Source: Octopus sinensis (Eukaryota). Taken from it: a DNA stretch of 43,335 nucleotides. The position numbers were made by a program, and so were the translations under genes. The DNA lies in the NCBI RefSeq assembly GCF_006345805.1, contig NW_021834891.1, positions 1 through 43,335 on the forward strand. Reading direction: 5' to 3'. The notes below the pieces were generated by a model. It was not told the origin of the DNA, did not search any database, and saw only the letters and a program-made list of their open reading frames with translations. Of this stretch, positions 12,158 through 23,886 are shown in pieces; the stretch's first letter is position 1, and every line of letters begins with the position of its first letter.

Positions 12158-14213
12158 GACAAACTTTGAAATGTTCATTTATTGTTGTTGCTGTTGTATA
12201 TCTATCTAATCCCATCCCTATATTGTTATATAGACAGCTTTAATATCTTCTCCTATATTGATAGTTATCTACCTTCATTTTAGCTGAGAGTAGAATGCCT
12301 GGATATATATATTGATGTCTTTTTCCTTTATATATCCTATAGAGATAGTATTTCTATATAATACATGATGTATCTAAGGATATATCTCACTTTGTCCTGT
12401 TGTGGTTTAAGACAGGCCTCTCCAAAGTGGCGGTGGTTGAATAAAAATTCAGGGGGTTTGAGTGCAATATACAATATTTTAATTTTATATTCTTACTTTA
12501 TGACCTTCGTTATTTACTAATGACTGCAATTTTCGTCAGTAAAAATAAAACTTCACTATTATACATATGAAAATAAATCCAAAAAATTATAATTAAACAA
12601 TAGCTGTGCTGAAAAATTGTGAGATAATAAAATAATGACACAACATTTGTTGTTTTAATTGCATGTGATTGTGGAAAAGCCACAGTGTCTCCCTCTTTTT
12701 AAATAACTTCAGATAAAGGAAGAGTACAATTCTTCCCTACAATATTTACCTTCATATTACTCCACTGTTATTACATGTTATTTTAATTGAAATTAGATTT
12801 CAAGTTCTTACAGCAGAGACCAAGATTAAATAAGTAAAATACATGAGACCTTTATGTACATTATAAGATGTGACAGGAAGCTCTACCGAGCAGACTTTTG
12901 TGGAATTGGAAAGAAGACTCATAAGTATTCTCCACTTTTTATTGGATTCTTTTGTGATAGAAGTGAACAAACCTGATTGTTTTTAAATTAAATAATCAAG
13001 ATATTTAAATTAGATAAAATAAACTTTATTCAGAAATTGATAATTACTTTTAAAGCAAACCGAAATTTTACCGGTGAGTGTGTTAAATAATAAGGCACTA
13101 AAAGAGAATGACTCTCCCCAGACACAACAAAATTATTTTGTATCAAACTTTGTACAAAATTATTCCAAATAAATTGATAACATAAGTTTCTGATTTTTTT
13201 CTTGGATAACTGGGGGAGAAATGCTTTTCACACATTATATGCAATGTAATACACAACAAAAAAATAAAGCTGTCCAAAGCTATAGGTTACTGTTTATATA
13301 GACCAGCTGGAGAAAATTTAGTTTTAACATTTAATGCGTAGCAATAAACTCATTTATAAAAGTGTTAGTTTTCTATAAATTGAGAAAACGTAAGACTTTT
13401 AGTGACTTTATAAAACTAAAAGAGTAACTTCTTCAAACTTTGGTGACCCCAGACAAATTCCTTTACTGACGGAGATATTCGTCTTGTTTTGGTCAATGAC
13501 TGTCAAAGTAATTTTCATATTTTAAAAGCATCAAAAGGAAAATATGTTGCCCAGAGAAGAGAGGTTGAATTTGTCAAATTATAAAAGCACAGAGAATAAT
13601 GATGGACTGGACATTTTCTTTAGGTTAATGATCAGAGGATCCTTAAACAGATGCTATATGCTAAACTTCTGTATGGAGAGAGCCCCCAGCAGAAACGAAG
13701 ACTACGATTTAAGGACTGTGTATGTATATATATATATAAACTGAGCGGATACTTACCAGGCTGAAAAAATTACTTTAATGAGGTCAATTGGTTCGACTAA
13801 AATCCTGCAAGGCGGTAACCCAGCATGGCCACAATTCAATGACTGACAAAAGAAAAAAAAAAGAGGCAATATACGAAAATTGTCATCGATGTCAACAAGT
13901 TCCCGTCGCTCTTTCACAAATTCAGCGAAGCAGAAATGAAAGCACACACACACACACTCATACACTTTCTTCAGAACGTCACAGTTTTATGGTCAACATT
14001 TTTAAAGCATAAATAGCTACGAGTGTGCGTCTTTGCATGTATCTATATGTGTGGGTGATAGGACGGGTGGGTGTTTGAGCACAGTCCACCCATACCCAAG
14101 GTGGTCGCATCGTCTCATGTGACCCAGCCACGAGTGTTCCGGATCCCATTAATGAACTCATTTGCATACAACCAGTCAGAGCTCACCTTCAACTTGTTGT
14201 CAGGTTAACAAAC

Positions 14214-14577
14214 AGGAGTGTCTGTAGGGGAAGTAGCTCGCTTACCAACCACATGATTCCAGGTTCAATCCCACTACATGGCACCATGGGCAAATGTTTT
14301 CTACCATAGCTTCGGACCGACCAAAGCTTTGTCAGTGGATTTTGTACACGGAAACAGAAGGAAGCCCGTCGTATATATGAATATATATATGTATGTGTGT
14401 GTGTATGTTTCTGTGTCTGTGTTTGTCCGCCCAACATAGTTCCACAACCGATGCTGGTGTGTTTACGTCCCTGTAACTTAGCGGTTCGGCAAAGGAGACC
14501 GATAGAATAAGTACTAGGTTTACAAAGAATAGGTCCTCGGGTCGATTTACTCAACAAAAGTCGGTGCCCCAGCATAC
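14214..14577 (+). mobile_element. tRNA-derived SINE (family with an internal (TA)/(TG) tract)
   Basis: The head aggagtgtct..ccaaccacatgattccaggttcaatccc contains a B-box-like motif. The body gtaacttagcggttcggcaaag..gatagaataagtactagg also occurs as fragments at 13770-13835, 17140-17270, 21215-21360 and 27290-27330. Confidence 0.75.
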
Positions 14578-14579
14578 AA

Positions 14580-14950
14580 CCATATATGTATATACATATA
14601 TATATATATATGTAATATATATATATATATAATATATATGTATATATATATATATATATATAATGTATATATATATATATATATATGTATATATAATATA
14701 TATATGTATATTATATATATGTATATATATATGTATGTATGTATATATATATGTATGTATATATATATGTATGTATATATATATGTATGTATATATATAT
14801 ATATATAGATATATATATATATATGTATATATATCTTTATATATATGTATATGTATATGTATATATATATGTATATGTATATATATCTTTATATATATAT
14901 ATGTATATGTATATATATCTTTATATATATATATATATGTATATATATCT

Positions 14951-14985
<35 letters not shown>

Positions 14986-15157
14986 TATATATATATATAT
15001 ATATATGTTATATATATATATATATATTATATTATATATATATATATATATATCTTTATATATATATATATATATATATACCTTTATATATGTCTATATC
15101 TATCATTATATATATCTATATCTATCTATCTTTATATATATATATATATATATATAT
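14580..15157. repeat. Long interrupted (TA)n/(TATG)n microsatellite, ~580 bp
   Basis: Directly visible; it is the source of the YIYI ORFs. Confidence 0.98.
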
Positions 15158-16740
15158 CATCATCATCATCATCATCATTTAACGTCCGCTTTCCATGCTA
15201 GCATGGGTTGGACGGTTCAACTGGAGTCTGGGGAGCCCGAAGGCTGCACCAGGCCAGTCATATCTGGCAGTGTTTCTACAGCTGGATGCCCTTCCTAACG
15301 CCAACCACTCCGAGAGTGTAGTGGGTGATTTTATGTGCCACCGACACAGGTGCCAGGCGAGGCTGGCGAACGGCCACGCTCAAATGGTGTTTTTATGTGC
15401 CACCGACACAGGTGCCAGACGAGGCTGGCAGACGGCCACGCTCGGATGGTGTTTTTATGTGCCACCGACACAAGTGCCAGATGAGGCTGGCGAACGGCCA
15501 CGATCGGATGGTGTTTGTTACGTGCCCACAGCACGGAGGCCAGTCGATGCGGTACTGGCTACGGCCACGTTCGGATGGTTTTCTTGTGTGCCACCGGCAC
15601 TGGTACCATAAAGATACAAATTCCATTGATGTTCATCTATTTTGATTTGGTTTGATTTTCACTTGCCTCAACAGGTCTTCACAAGTGTCATAAGAAGGAA
15701 GGTATGCACAGGTGGACTGACTACGTCCCAGGTAGGGGCCACGGGTTATGGCCTGACTAGTCTTGCCGGGTCTTTGGATGGTGTTTTTATGTGCCACCAA
15801 CACAGGTGCCAGATGAGGCTGGCGAACGGCCACGATCGGATGGTGTTTGTTACGTGCCCACAGCACGGAGGTCAGTCGATGTGGTACTGGCTACCACCAC
15901 GTTCGGATGGTTTTCTTGTGTGCCACCGGCATTGGTACCACAAAGATACAAATTCCATTGATGTTCATCTATTTTGATTTGTTTTGATTTGATTTGATTA
16001 TGATTATGATTATCACTTGCCTCAACAGGTCTTCACAAGTGTCATTTGATTTGATTAGATTAGCACTTGCCTCAACAGGACTTCACAAGTGTCATAAGAT
16101 GGAAGGTATGCACAGGTGGACTGACTACATCCCAGGAAGGGGCCACGGGCTATGGCCTGACTAGTCTTGCCGGGTCTTCGGACAGGTGCCAGATGAGGCT
16201 GGCGAACGGCCACGATCGGATGGCGTTTGTTATGTGCCCACAGCACGGAGGCCAGTCGATGCGGTACTGGCTACAGCCACGTTCGGATGGTTTTCTTGTG
16301 TGCCACCGATACTGGTACCACAAAGATACAAATTCCATTGATGTTCATCTATTTTGATTTGGTTTGATTTTCACTTGCCTCAACAGGTCTTCACAAGTGT
16401 CACACACTTGCCTCTGCCTCAACAGGTCTTCACAAGTGTCACACACTTGCCTCTGCCTCAACAGGTCTTCACAAGTGTCACACACTTGCCTCAACAGGTC
16501 TTCACAAGTGTCATAAGAAGGAAGGTATGCACAGGTGGACTGACTACGTCGCCGGGTCTTCGGATGGTGTTTTTATGTGCCACCGACACAGGTGCAAGAT
16601 GAGGCTGGCGAACGGCCACGATCGGATGGTGTTTGTTGTGCCCACAGCACGGAGGCCAGTCGATGCGGTACTGGCTACGGCCACGTTCGGGTGGTTTTCT
16701 TGTGTGCCACCGTCACTGGTACCACAAAGATACAATTCCA
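15158..16740 (-). mobile_element. RTE-type LINE 3'UTR with internal tandem amplifications (62-bp, ~330-bp and 33-39-bp units)
   Basis: (CAT)n tail, then tttaacgtccgctttccatgctagcatgggttggacgg. ttttatgtgccaccgacacagg recurs at 15329, 15391, 15453, 15785 and 16571. Confidence 0.85.
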
Positions 16741-17269
16741 TATATATATATATACATACGTACATACATACATAAATACATACATATATAGGTGTATATA
16801 CCCACACACGCATATATACTATCTAAAACAAAATAATCTTCTGATCAAGTCCAAAGGTTTGTACTAGATATTGTTATTACTTTATATAGTTGTGGCGTGT
16901 AATTAAATGTAAATTATAAGCTAGTCAATGTTTATTTGTTAAAGGTATCAGCAGAAAGCTTGCATGCGTATGTGTGTCTGTTGGTGCGCCAATGCTCGTG
17001 TCCCCTTCGCAAGCGAAAAACGAGCCCGTTTCAATTCGAAACTGTCACGTCGGTTTTATATGACTAAGATGTTATTTTTTAGTTATCTCCCTTAATTAAA
17101 GAATATACACTTTTGGCACTATTTGCTCTTTTAATCTCTCACTTGTTTCAGTCGTTTGACTGCGGCCATGCTGGTGCACCACCTTTAGTCGAGCAAATCT
17201 ACCCCAGGACTTATTCTTTGTAAGCCTAGTACTCATTCTATCGGTGTCTTTTGCCGAACCGCTAAGTTG

Positions 17270-17990
17270 CATCGTGTGGCGTTGCTTTTACAAGGCAAGT
17301 TTGATGTGAAGGTATGGAAGGAAGATTTTTTTCTGGGTTTACCAGCGGCACATGCTGCACATTGTAGGGACCAATTATGCGCTCATCTCTTTTAGAGCAG
17401 TCTTTTACAGTGCAATGGTTGCTGTCATCACGACTGTTCCAAAAATACAAGAAGTGCATATTTTTTATGTATTCCAGCTGCAGTCCTAGGAGGAGGAAAA
17501 TCATCTTTAAATCACCAGAAATATTTCACTTATGAACTGAGTAATTAACTCCTTTCAGAATGAGTTCCATCGATTCATAAGTTTCTTCCATACCGATAGC
17601 ATGACCCACAGGAATGGAAGGTTTTTCATTACCATTATGTAACAGCACAGCTTCGAGGCTAACCTTACTCGAGTCTTTAAACATTCTCCATTCGTTAGTC
17701 ACATACACTTGTCGTAGTTTTTGCATAAGTGCATTAACGTTAGTGCAGAAACAAGCATTATTTTCTTGCTTGAAAAAGACAGATAAGCCTTCATGGCGAG
17801 AATGGAAAATAGAAATTTTCGCACCTTACTGTTGGAGATTCCGTTGCTGTAGTCTGGATCCCAAAACTTCTGCCTTCTCCTTTGACAATGGTAGGTCTTT
17901 TACTAAATCATTCAAATCTTCTTGATTAAACAAGCTTGGCTCACTTTTCTTAGAATCAACTACGTACTCTCCATTATTTACATCATTTAC
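17270..17990 (-). mobile_element. Decayed DNA-transposase fragment, probably Chapaev3-like (CMC superfamily)
   Basis: Minus strand reads DLNDLVKDLPLSKEKAEVLGSRLQQ..EWRMFKDSSKVSLEAVLLHNGNEKPSIPVGHA..ETYESM..LLLGLQ..PLVNPEK, with stops and frameshifts. The family name is from memory of the WRLFIDSS.SLKAVLLHNGN motif. Confidence 0.6.
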
Positions 17991-18026
17991 ATTTGACGGA
18001 TATTTGTCCTCATCTGGTTTGTTGTT

Positions 18027-18072
18027 AACACAACATTTCGGCTGATATACCCTCCAGCCTTCTTCAGGTGTC
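18027..18072 (-). ncRNA. Degenerate minimal type-I hammerhead ribozyme motif (Penelope-like-element type)
   Basis: Minus strand: GACAC CUGAAGA A GGCUG-gaggguauau-CAGCC GAAA UGUU GUGUU. Stem I, core and stem II are present; C15.2 appears mutated to U. Confidence 0.5.
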
Positions 18073-18136
18073 TTGGGGGAATTTGAAACCTGAGTTCACA
18101 TTCCTAAGGTATTTTTCAATGTTGTTGTTATTATTA

Positions 18137-18170
<34 letters not shown>

Positions 18171-18399
18171 CATCATCATCATTATTATTATTATTTTATT
18201 ATTATTATTATATTATTATTATTATTATCTTTATATATATATATTATATATATATATATATGTTAAAGTTTCAGCCCAGAGCTACGGCCATGCTGATGAC
18301 AGCATTTATATGTACCTGTATCTATAGTTATATTTCTCTCTCTCTCTCTCTTTCACTCTCTCTCTTTCACTCTCTCACTCTCTCTCTCTCTCTACTCGC

Positions 18400-18447
18400 T
18401 CACATATATGTATATATACAAATAGATAGATAGATAGATAGATAGAT

Positions 18448-18484
<37 letters not shown>

Positions 18485-18501
18485 TAGATAGATAGATAGA
18501 T

Positions 18502-18572
<71 letters not shown>
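18400..18572. repeat. (GATA)n microsatellite, preceded by (ATT)n, (TA)n and (CT)n tracts from 18120
   Basis: Directly visible. Confidence 0.97.
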
Positions 18573-19079
18573 GCATAAAGACGAGAAATGTGTATATTCC
18601 TACATTTCTGAGGTCCTACATAAGTAGCAGGCAACAACACAAGCCTACATAAGCACAGACATAAACGAAGAGAAAGAGAGAGAGGGGGAAAGAAAGAGAG
18701 AAAGTGAGCGAGAGCGAGATAGAGTGAGAAGGGGAGGGTTACGGAAAAGAAAGACTGAGCGAAGAAAGGTTTGGGGTGAGAGAGAGAGAGAGAAGAAGAA
18801 AAGAGGTGAAAATGACTAACACTCATTTTAAATCAATTTTTCCTTATGACGTCATAATCTCTCTGCCTGACATCGTCCGACACCTTAACATTCAGTCGAA
18901 TTATCTGTCTATACACACACATAGACAAGCTTTATAGATATAGGTGTGACTGTGTGATAGAGATTTCAGGTTCAGTTCCACTGCGTGACACATAGAGAGA
19001 TTTTTTTTCCGTTTTTTTTTGCCATAACCAAATACCTGTTTGTGGGTTTCAGAGATGGTCAGTGAAAGAAGCGTACGAT

Positions 19080-19255
<176 letters not shown>

Positions 19256-19499
19256 GGAGACGCAATGGCCCAGTGGTTAGGGCAGCGGACTCGCGGTTTC
19301 GATCCCCAGACCAGACGGAAACTGAAAGAAGCCTGTCGTATATGTATATGTGTGTGCCTGTGTTTGTCCCCCCAACATCGCTTGACAACCGATGCTGGTA
19401 TGTTTACGTCCCCGAACTCACAACGTAACGACAAAAGAAATACGGCAAAGCATTTCGCCCGGCGTGCTAACGATTCTGCCAGTTCGCCACAAATCTGTA

Positions 19500-20000
19500 A
19501 ACTCTGTTGTTGAAGACATGGGGATTGCCGATTATCTGGTTGAGTTCTTAAACTCACTGGATCCACAACGATCCCCCTCGTTGCCTTCCATTGAAAATGA
19601 GCGCTCCAATCATGCCTCTGCAGACCTTTTCCCAACCGAAGCTGTGCAGTGGTACAAGAATTGTTGTGAAGAAATTAACGAGAAATATCATAGAAGCCAC
19701 AATAATTTTTGTCTTTGGAAAAGGTGAAGATATATTTATGCCTCACTTAAGTTTAATACCTTCAAAATATTCGCATCGAATTCAAACGACTTCAATTTCC
19801 AATACGTCAGTCTCTTGCGATGTCCATTGATAAGTACCAAGATCAGACTTTCAAAGTTACTGCTTTGCAATTAGAGAAGGGTTGTTTTTTTACAAAGACA
19901 TATGCTGGGGTTCCAGAGTGGGGAGCAAAGACAATTTTATCATTTTCACCCCTACAGGTAAAACTCAAACCAATGTTTGTAAGAACGTTTTTAGCATGGG
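19500..20000 (+). mobile_element. Helitron Pif1-like helicase C-terminal remnant
   Basis: Frameshifted translation YLVEFLNSLDP..LKMSAPIM..PKLCSGTRIVVKKLTRNIIEATI..GKGEDIFMP..IDKYQDQTF..LEKGCF..SRVG matches the end of the Helitron RepHel helicase. Confidence 0.85.
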
Positions 20001-20245
20001 ATCAACGAACAAGATTTGCAGAATGAATAAAAACTTTGAATTGAAATTGTCAACGCAACACTATATTCGCATAAGAAAATGTATTTCTATTTTTTGGTTG
20101 TTGTAATACTTAAGTTCAATAATTCTGTTGTTTCTGGAGAGAATCCTTTTCGTTTTGTGCCTTATTATGTAAAACACTCACCTGTAAAATTCCCACTTTT
20201 TTCTTATTTTTATTGTCCTAAAATTTTCGTTGCGTCTTGCAATCA

Positions 20246-20278
<33 letters not shown>

Positions 20279-20289
20279 CCGGTGAATGT

Positions 20290-20955
20290 GTTATATTATA
20301 ACATCCGAAAGGATGAAAGGCAAAGTCGACCTCGGCGGAATTTGAACTCAGAACGTAACGGCAGACGAAATACCTATTTCTTTACTACCCACAAGGGGCT
20401 AAACACAGAGGAGACAAACAAGGACAGACAAACGGATTTAAGTCGTTTATATCGACCCCAGTGCATAACTGGTACATATTTTATGGACCTCGGAAGGATG
20501 AAAGGCAAAGTCGACATCGGTGGAATTTGAAACCAGAATGTAACGGCAGACGAAATACCTATTTCTTTACTGCCCACAAGAGGCTAAACACAGACGGGAC
20601 AAACAAGGACAGAAAAGCGGATTAAGTCGATTATATCGAGCCCAGTGCGTAACTGGTACTTAATTTATCGACCCTGAAAGGATGAAAGGAATTTGAACTC
20701 AGAACGTAACGGCAGACGAAATACCTATTTCTTTAGTACCCACAAGGGGCTAAACACAGAGGGAACAAGCAAGGACAGACAAACATATTAAGTCGATTAT
20801 ATCGAGCCCAGTGCGTAACTGGTACTTATTTAATGGGCCCCGAAAGGATGAAAGGCAAAGTCGACCTCGGCGGAATTTGAACCCAGAACGTAACGGCAGA
20901 CGAAATACTGCTAAGCATTTCGCCCGGCGTGCTAACGTTTCTGCCAGCTCGCCAC
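20290..20955 (-). mobile_element. tRNA-derived SINE (Meta-SINE-like core) with ~3.5 head-to-tail internal repeats of ~190 bp
   Basis: ggatgaaaggcaaagtcgacctcggcggaatttgaac recurs at ~20310, ~20497 and ~20847 (truncated at ~20680). A single tRNA-like head ends at ~20953. Confidence 0.85.
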
Positions 20956-21359
20956 ATTAATAAAAGCGAAATTCCCATGTGCCTGTGACCCCTGTCCCTC
21001 AGTCTACATAGACATATTCTACCTTTTTGGAATCAGGATGATCCCAGGATTGAAACTCTGCTCTACATTTGGTTCTTGACGATCCAGCATTGGGATCTGG
21101 CTTAAAACCATTTTGGCTGCTATTTCTAGCAGTTGAAGCCAGTGTGAGGTACAAGAGTTACGTCCCTTAGCTTAAGGTGTAACTGAGGAATTTTGTAGTT
21201 TTTTTCACATTTTTCAGTTACTAGACTGCGGCCACGCTGGGGCACCGCATTGAAGAATTGTAATCTAAGAAATTGACACAAGTTATTTCTTACTTCTGTC
21301 TGGTAGATTTTATTGGCCTCTTATAGCGAACCGCTAAGTCACATGGAGATAAACGTAAA

Positions 21360-21696
21360 CGACAGACATACACACAAAGCCACTATACACGCACGCACAC
21401 ACACACACATACATACATACATACGTACATACATACGTATATACAGACGTACATACGTACATACATACATACATACATACATACGTAATACATGCATAAT
21501 ACATATATACATACACACATATATACATACATACATACGTACATATTTACGTACGTACATACATACACACATACACGTACATACATACATACATAATACA
21601 TACATACGTACGTACGTACATACATACCACATACATACACACAGAAATGTATGTGTGTATATATATATATATATATATGTATATAAATATATATAT
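21360..21696. repeat. (CATA)n/(CGTA)n/(TA)n compound microsatellite
   Basis: Directly visible. Confidence 0.95.
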
Positions 21697-22322
21697 CATC
21701 ATCGTTTAACGTCCGTTTTCCATGCTAGCATGGGTTGGACGGTTCGACCGGGGTCTGGGAAGCCAGGAGGCTGGCAACGGCCACGATCGAATGGTGTTTT
21801 TTATGTGCCCCCAGCACGGAAGCCAGTCAAGACGGCGGTGGCATCAGTCACGTTGAGATGGTGTTTTGAAAGTGCCATTGGCGCGGGTATCAGAACTACA
21901 ATTTCCATTTGATGTTGATGTACTTGACTCAATAGGTCTCCTCAAGCACAGCAGGTCACCCCACGATCCAAGGTAACCACAGCAGGCCGTCCTGCGATCC
22001 AAGGTATTTCCGATGGGTTGGGGCTGTTATGTGAAGCTGCTGCAGGAAACAGCCTCACGTTATTTGTCGGGTCATCGCAGTTACAGCATATCTCCAGATG
22101 TCTCGGTCTTTCGTCATTGCCTCTGTGAGGCCCAACGCTCGAAGGTCATGCTTAATCACCTCATTCCATGTCTTCCTGGGTCTACCTCTACCCCGGATTC
22201 CTTCAACTGTTTGGGAGTGGCACTTTTTCGCACATCTCTTCTCATCCATCCGGAGAACATGACTATACCAGCGCAAACATCTTTCTTGCCTGCCACATCC
22301 GATGCTTGTTATGTCCAGCATT

Positions 22323-22329
<7 letters not shown>
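21697..22329 (-). mobile_element. 5'-truncated RTE-type LINE with an open C-terminal ORF2 fragment
   Basis: ORF 22055-22366 includes LRWYSHVLRMDEKRCAKKC..EGIRGRGRPRKTWNEVIKHDLRALGLTEAMTKDRDIWR. (CAT)n tail at 21697. Confidence 0.88.
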
Positions 22330-22358
<29 letters not shown>

Positions 22359-22362
<4 letters not shown>

Positions 22363-23853
22363 ACAATCAAGGAACGACCATAATAGGCCATTCACCCACT
22401 AGAAATAACAGCCAAAGCTTCAACCGCAAATAAAGATTAATTCCGTAAACAGGAGAAAATTTTAAAAAACATTTACCCTGTAATTTCTTGTACGATGTAC
22501 CGTTTCATCTGCTGTTTAATGGTAAACTAACCTGATTAAATTAAATCAAGCCAATCTTCCATAGGCCCTCAGATTCTTCAGCAAGAAATAGCCAAGTCGG
22601 AACAGATATTTTCACGAGGCATTTCCGACCCTGCCAAGGCAATATCTGACCTAAAATTTTCAAATCGTCGCACTGTTTACGGAATTAATCTTTATTTGCG
22701 GTTGAAGCTTGGCTGTTATTTCTAGTGGGTGAATGGCCTATTATGGCCGTTCCTTGATTGTTGATGTTGAACTTAAAAATGGTCTGTGACTATTTAATTT
22801 TTTCCCACTAGGTCGCTGGTGGCAAAAGGAATTCTACAAAATTTTTTTTGCCACCCTATATTGATTAATTATGGATTTTCTGTTAATTCCGTAATGGAAT
22901 CGGCGGCTTATATTTATTTGCTGCCGATAAATTTGGCGCGAGTGCGACGATTTGAAAATTTTAGGTCAGATATTGCCTTGGCAGGGTCGGAAATGCCTCG
23001 TGAAAATATCTGTTCCGACTTGGCTATTTCTTGCTGAAGAATCTGAGGGCCTATGGAAGATTGGCTTGATTTAATTTAATCAGGTTAGTTTACCATTAAA
23101 CAGCAGATGAAACGGTACATCGTACAAGAAATTACAGGGTAAATGTTTTTTAAATTTTCTCCTGTTTACGGAATTAATCTTTATTTGCGGTTGAAGCTTT
23201 GGCTGTTATTTCTAGTGGGTGAATGGCCTATTATGGCCGTTCCTTGATTGTTGATGTTGAACTTAAAAATGGTCTGTGACTATTTAATTTTTTCCCACTA
23301 GGCCGCTGGTGGCAAAAGGAATTCTACAAAATTTTTTTTGCCACCCTATATTGATTAATTATGGATTTTCTGGTTAATTCCGTAATGGAATCGGCGGCTT
23401 ATATTTATTTGCTGCCGATAAATTTGGCGCGAGTGCGACGATTTGAAAATTTTAGGTCAGATATTGCCTTGGCAGGGTCGGAAATGCCTCGTGAAAATAT
23501 CTGTTCCGACTTGGCTATTTCTTGCTGAAGAATCTGAGGGCCTATGGAAGATTGGCTTGATTTAATTTAATCAGGTTAGTTTACCATTAAACAGCAGATG
23601 AAACGGTACATCGTACAAGAAATTACAGGGTAAATGTTTTTTAAATTTTCTCCTGTTTACGGAATTAATCTTTATTTGCGGTTGAAGCTTTGGCTGTTAT
23701 TTCTAGTGGGTGAATGGCCTATTATGGCCGTTCCTTGATTGTTGATGTTGAACTTAAAAATGGTCTGTGACTATTTAATTTTTTCCCACTAGGCCGCTGG
23801 TGGCAAAAGGAATTCTACAAAATTTTTTTTGCCACCCTATATTGATTAATTAT
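22359..23853. repeat. ~490-bp tandem repeat (2.4 copies) preceded by an inverted ~315-bp copy, between (TA)n tracts
   Basis: Units start tgtttacggaatt at 22674, 23163 and 23654. 22359-22673 is the reverse complement of 22942-23255. Confidence 0.95.
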
Positions 23854-23854
23854 A

Positions 23855-23885
<31 letters not shown>

Positions 23886-23886
<1 letters not shown>

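Noticed and set aside
13752-13775. Minus-strand ttttttcag|CCTG|gtaagt, resembling a 4-nt micro-exon
   Set aside because: There is no neighbouring exon or frame context, it abuts a SINE fragment, and it is likely chance.
14663-15298. Long YIYI-type ORFs (also 19040-19513, 21313-21912, 28428-28655, 29927-30295)
   Set aside because: They are translations of (TA)n, (CATA)n and (CA)n microsatellites that lack stops by chance.
16372-16515. Short repeats with dyad symmetry resembling a CRISPR array
   Set aside because: There are no unique spacers; it is a tandem expansion inside a eukaryotic LINE 3'UTR.
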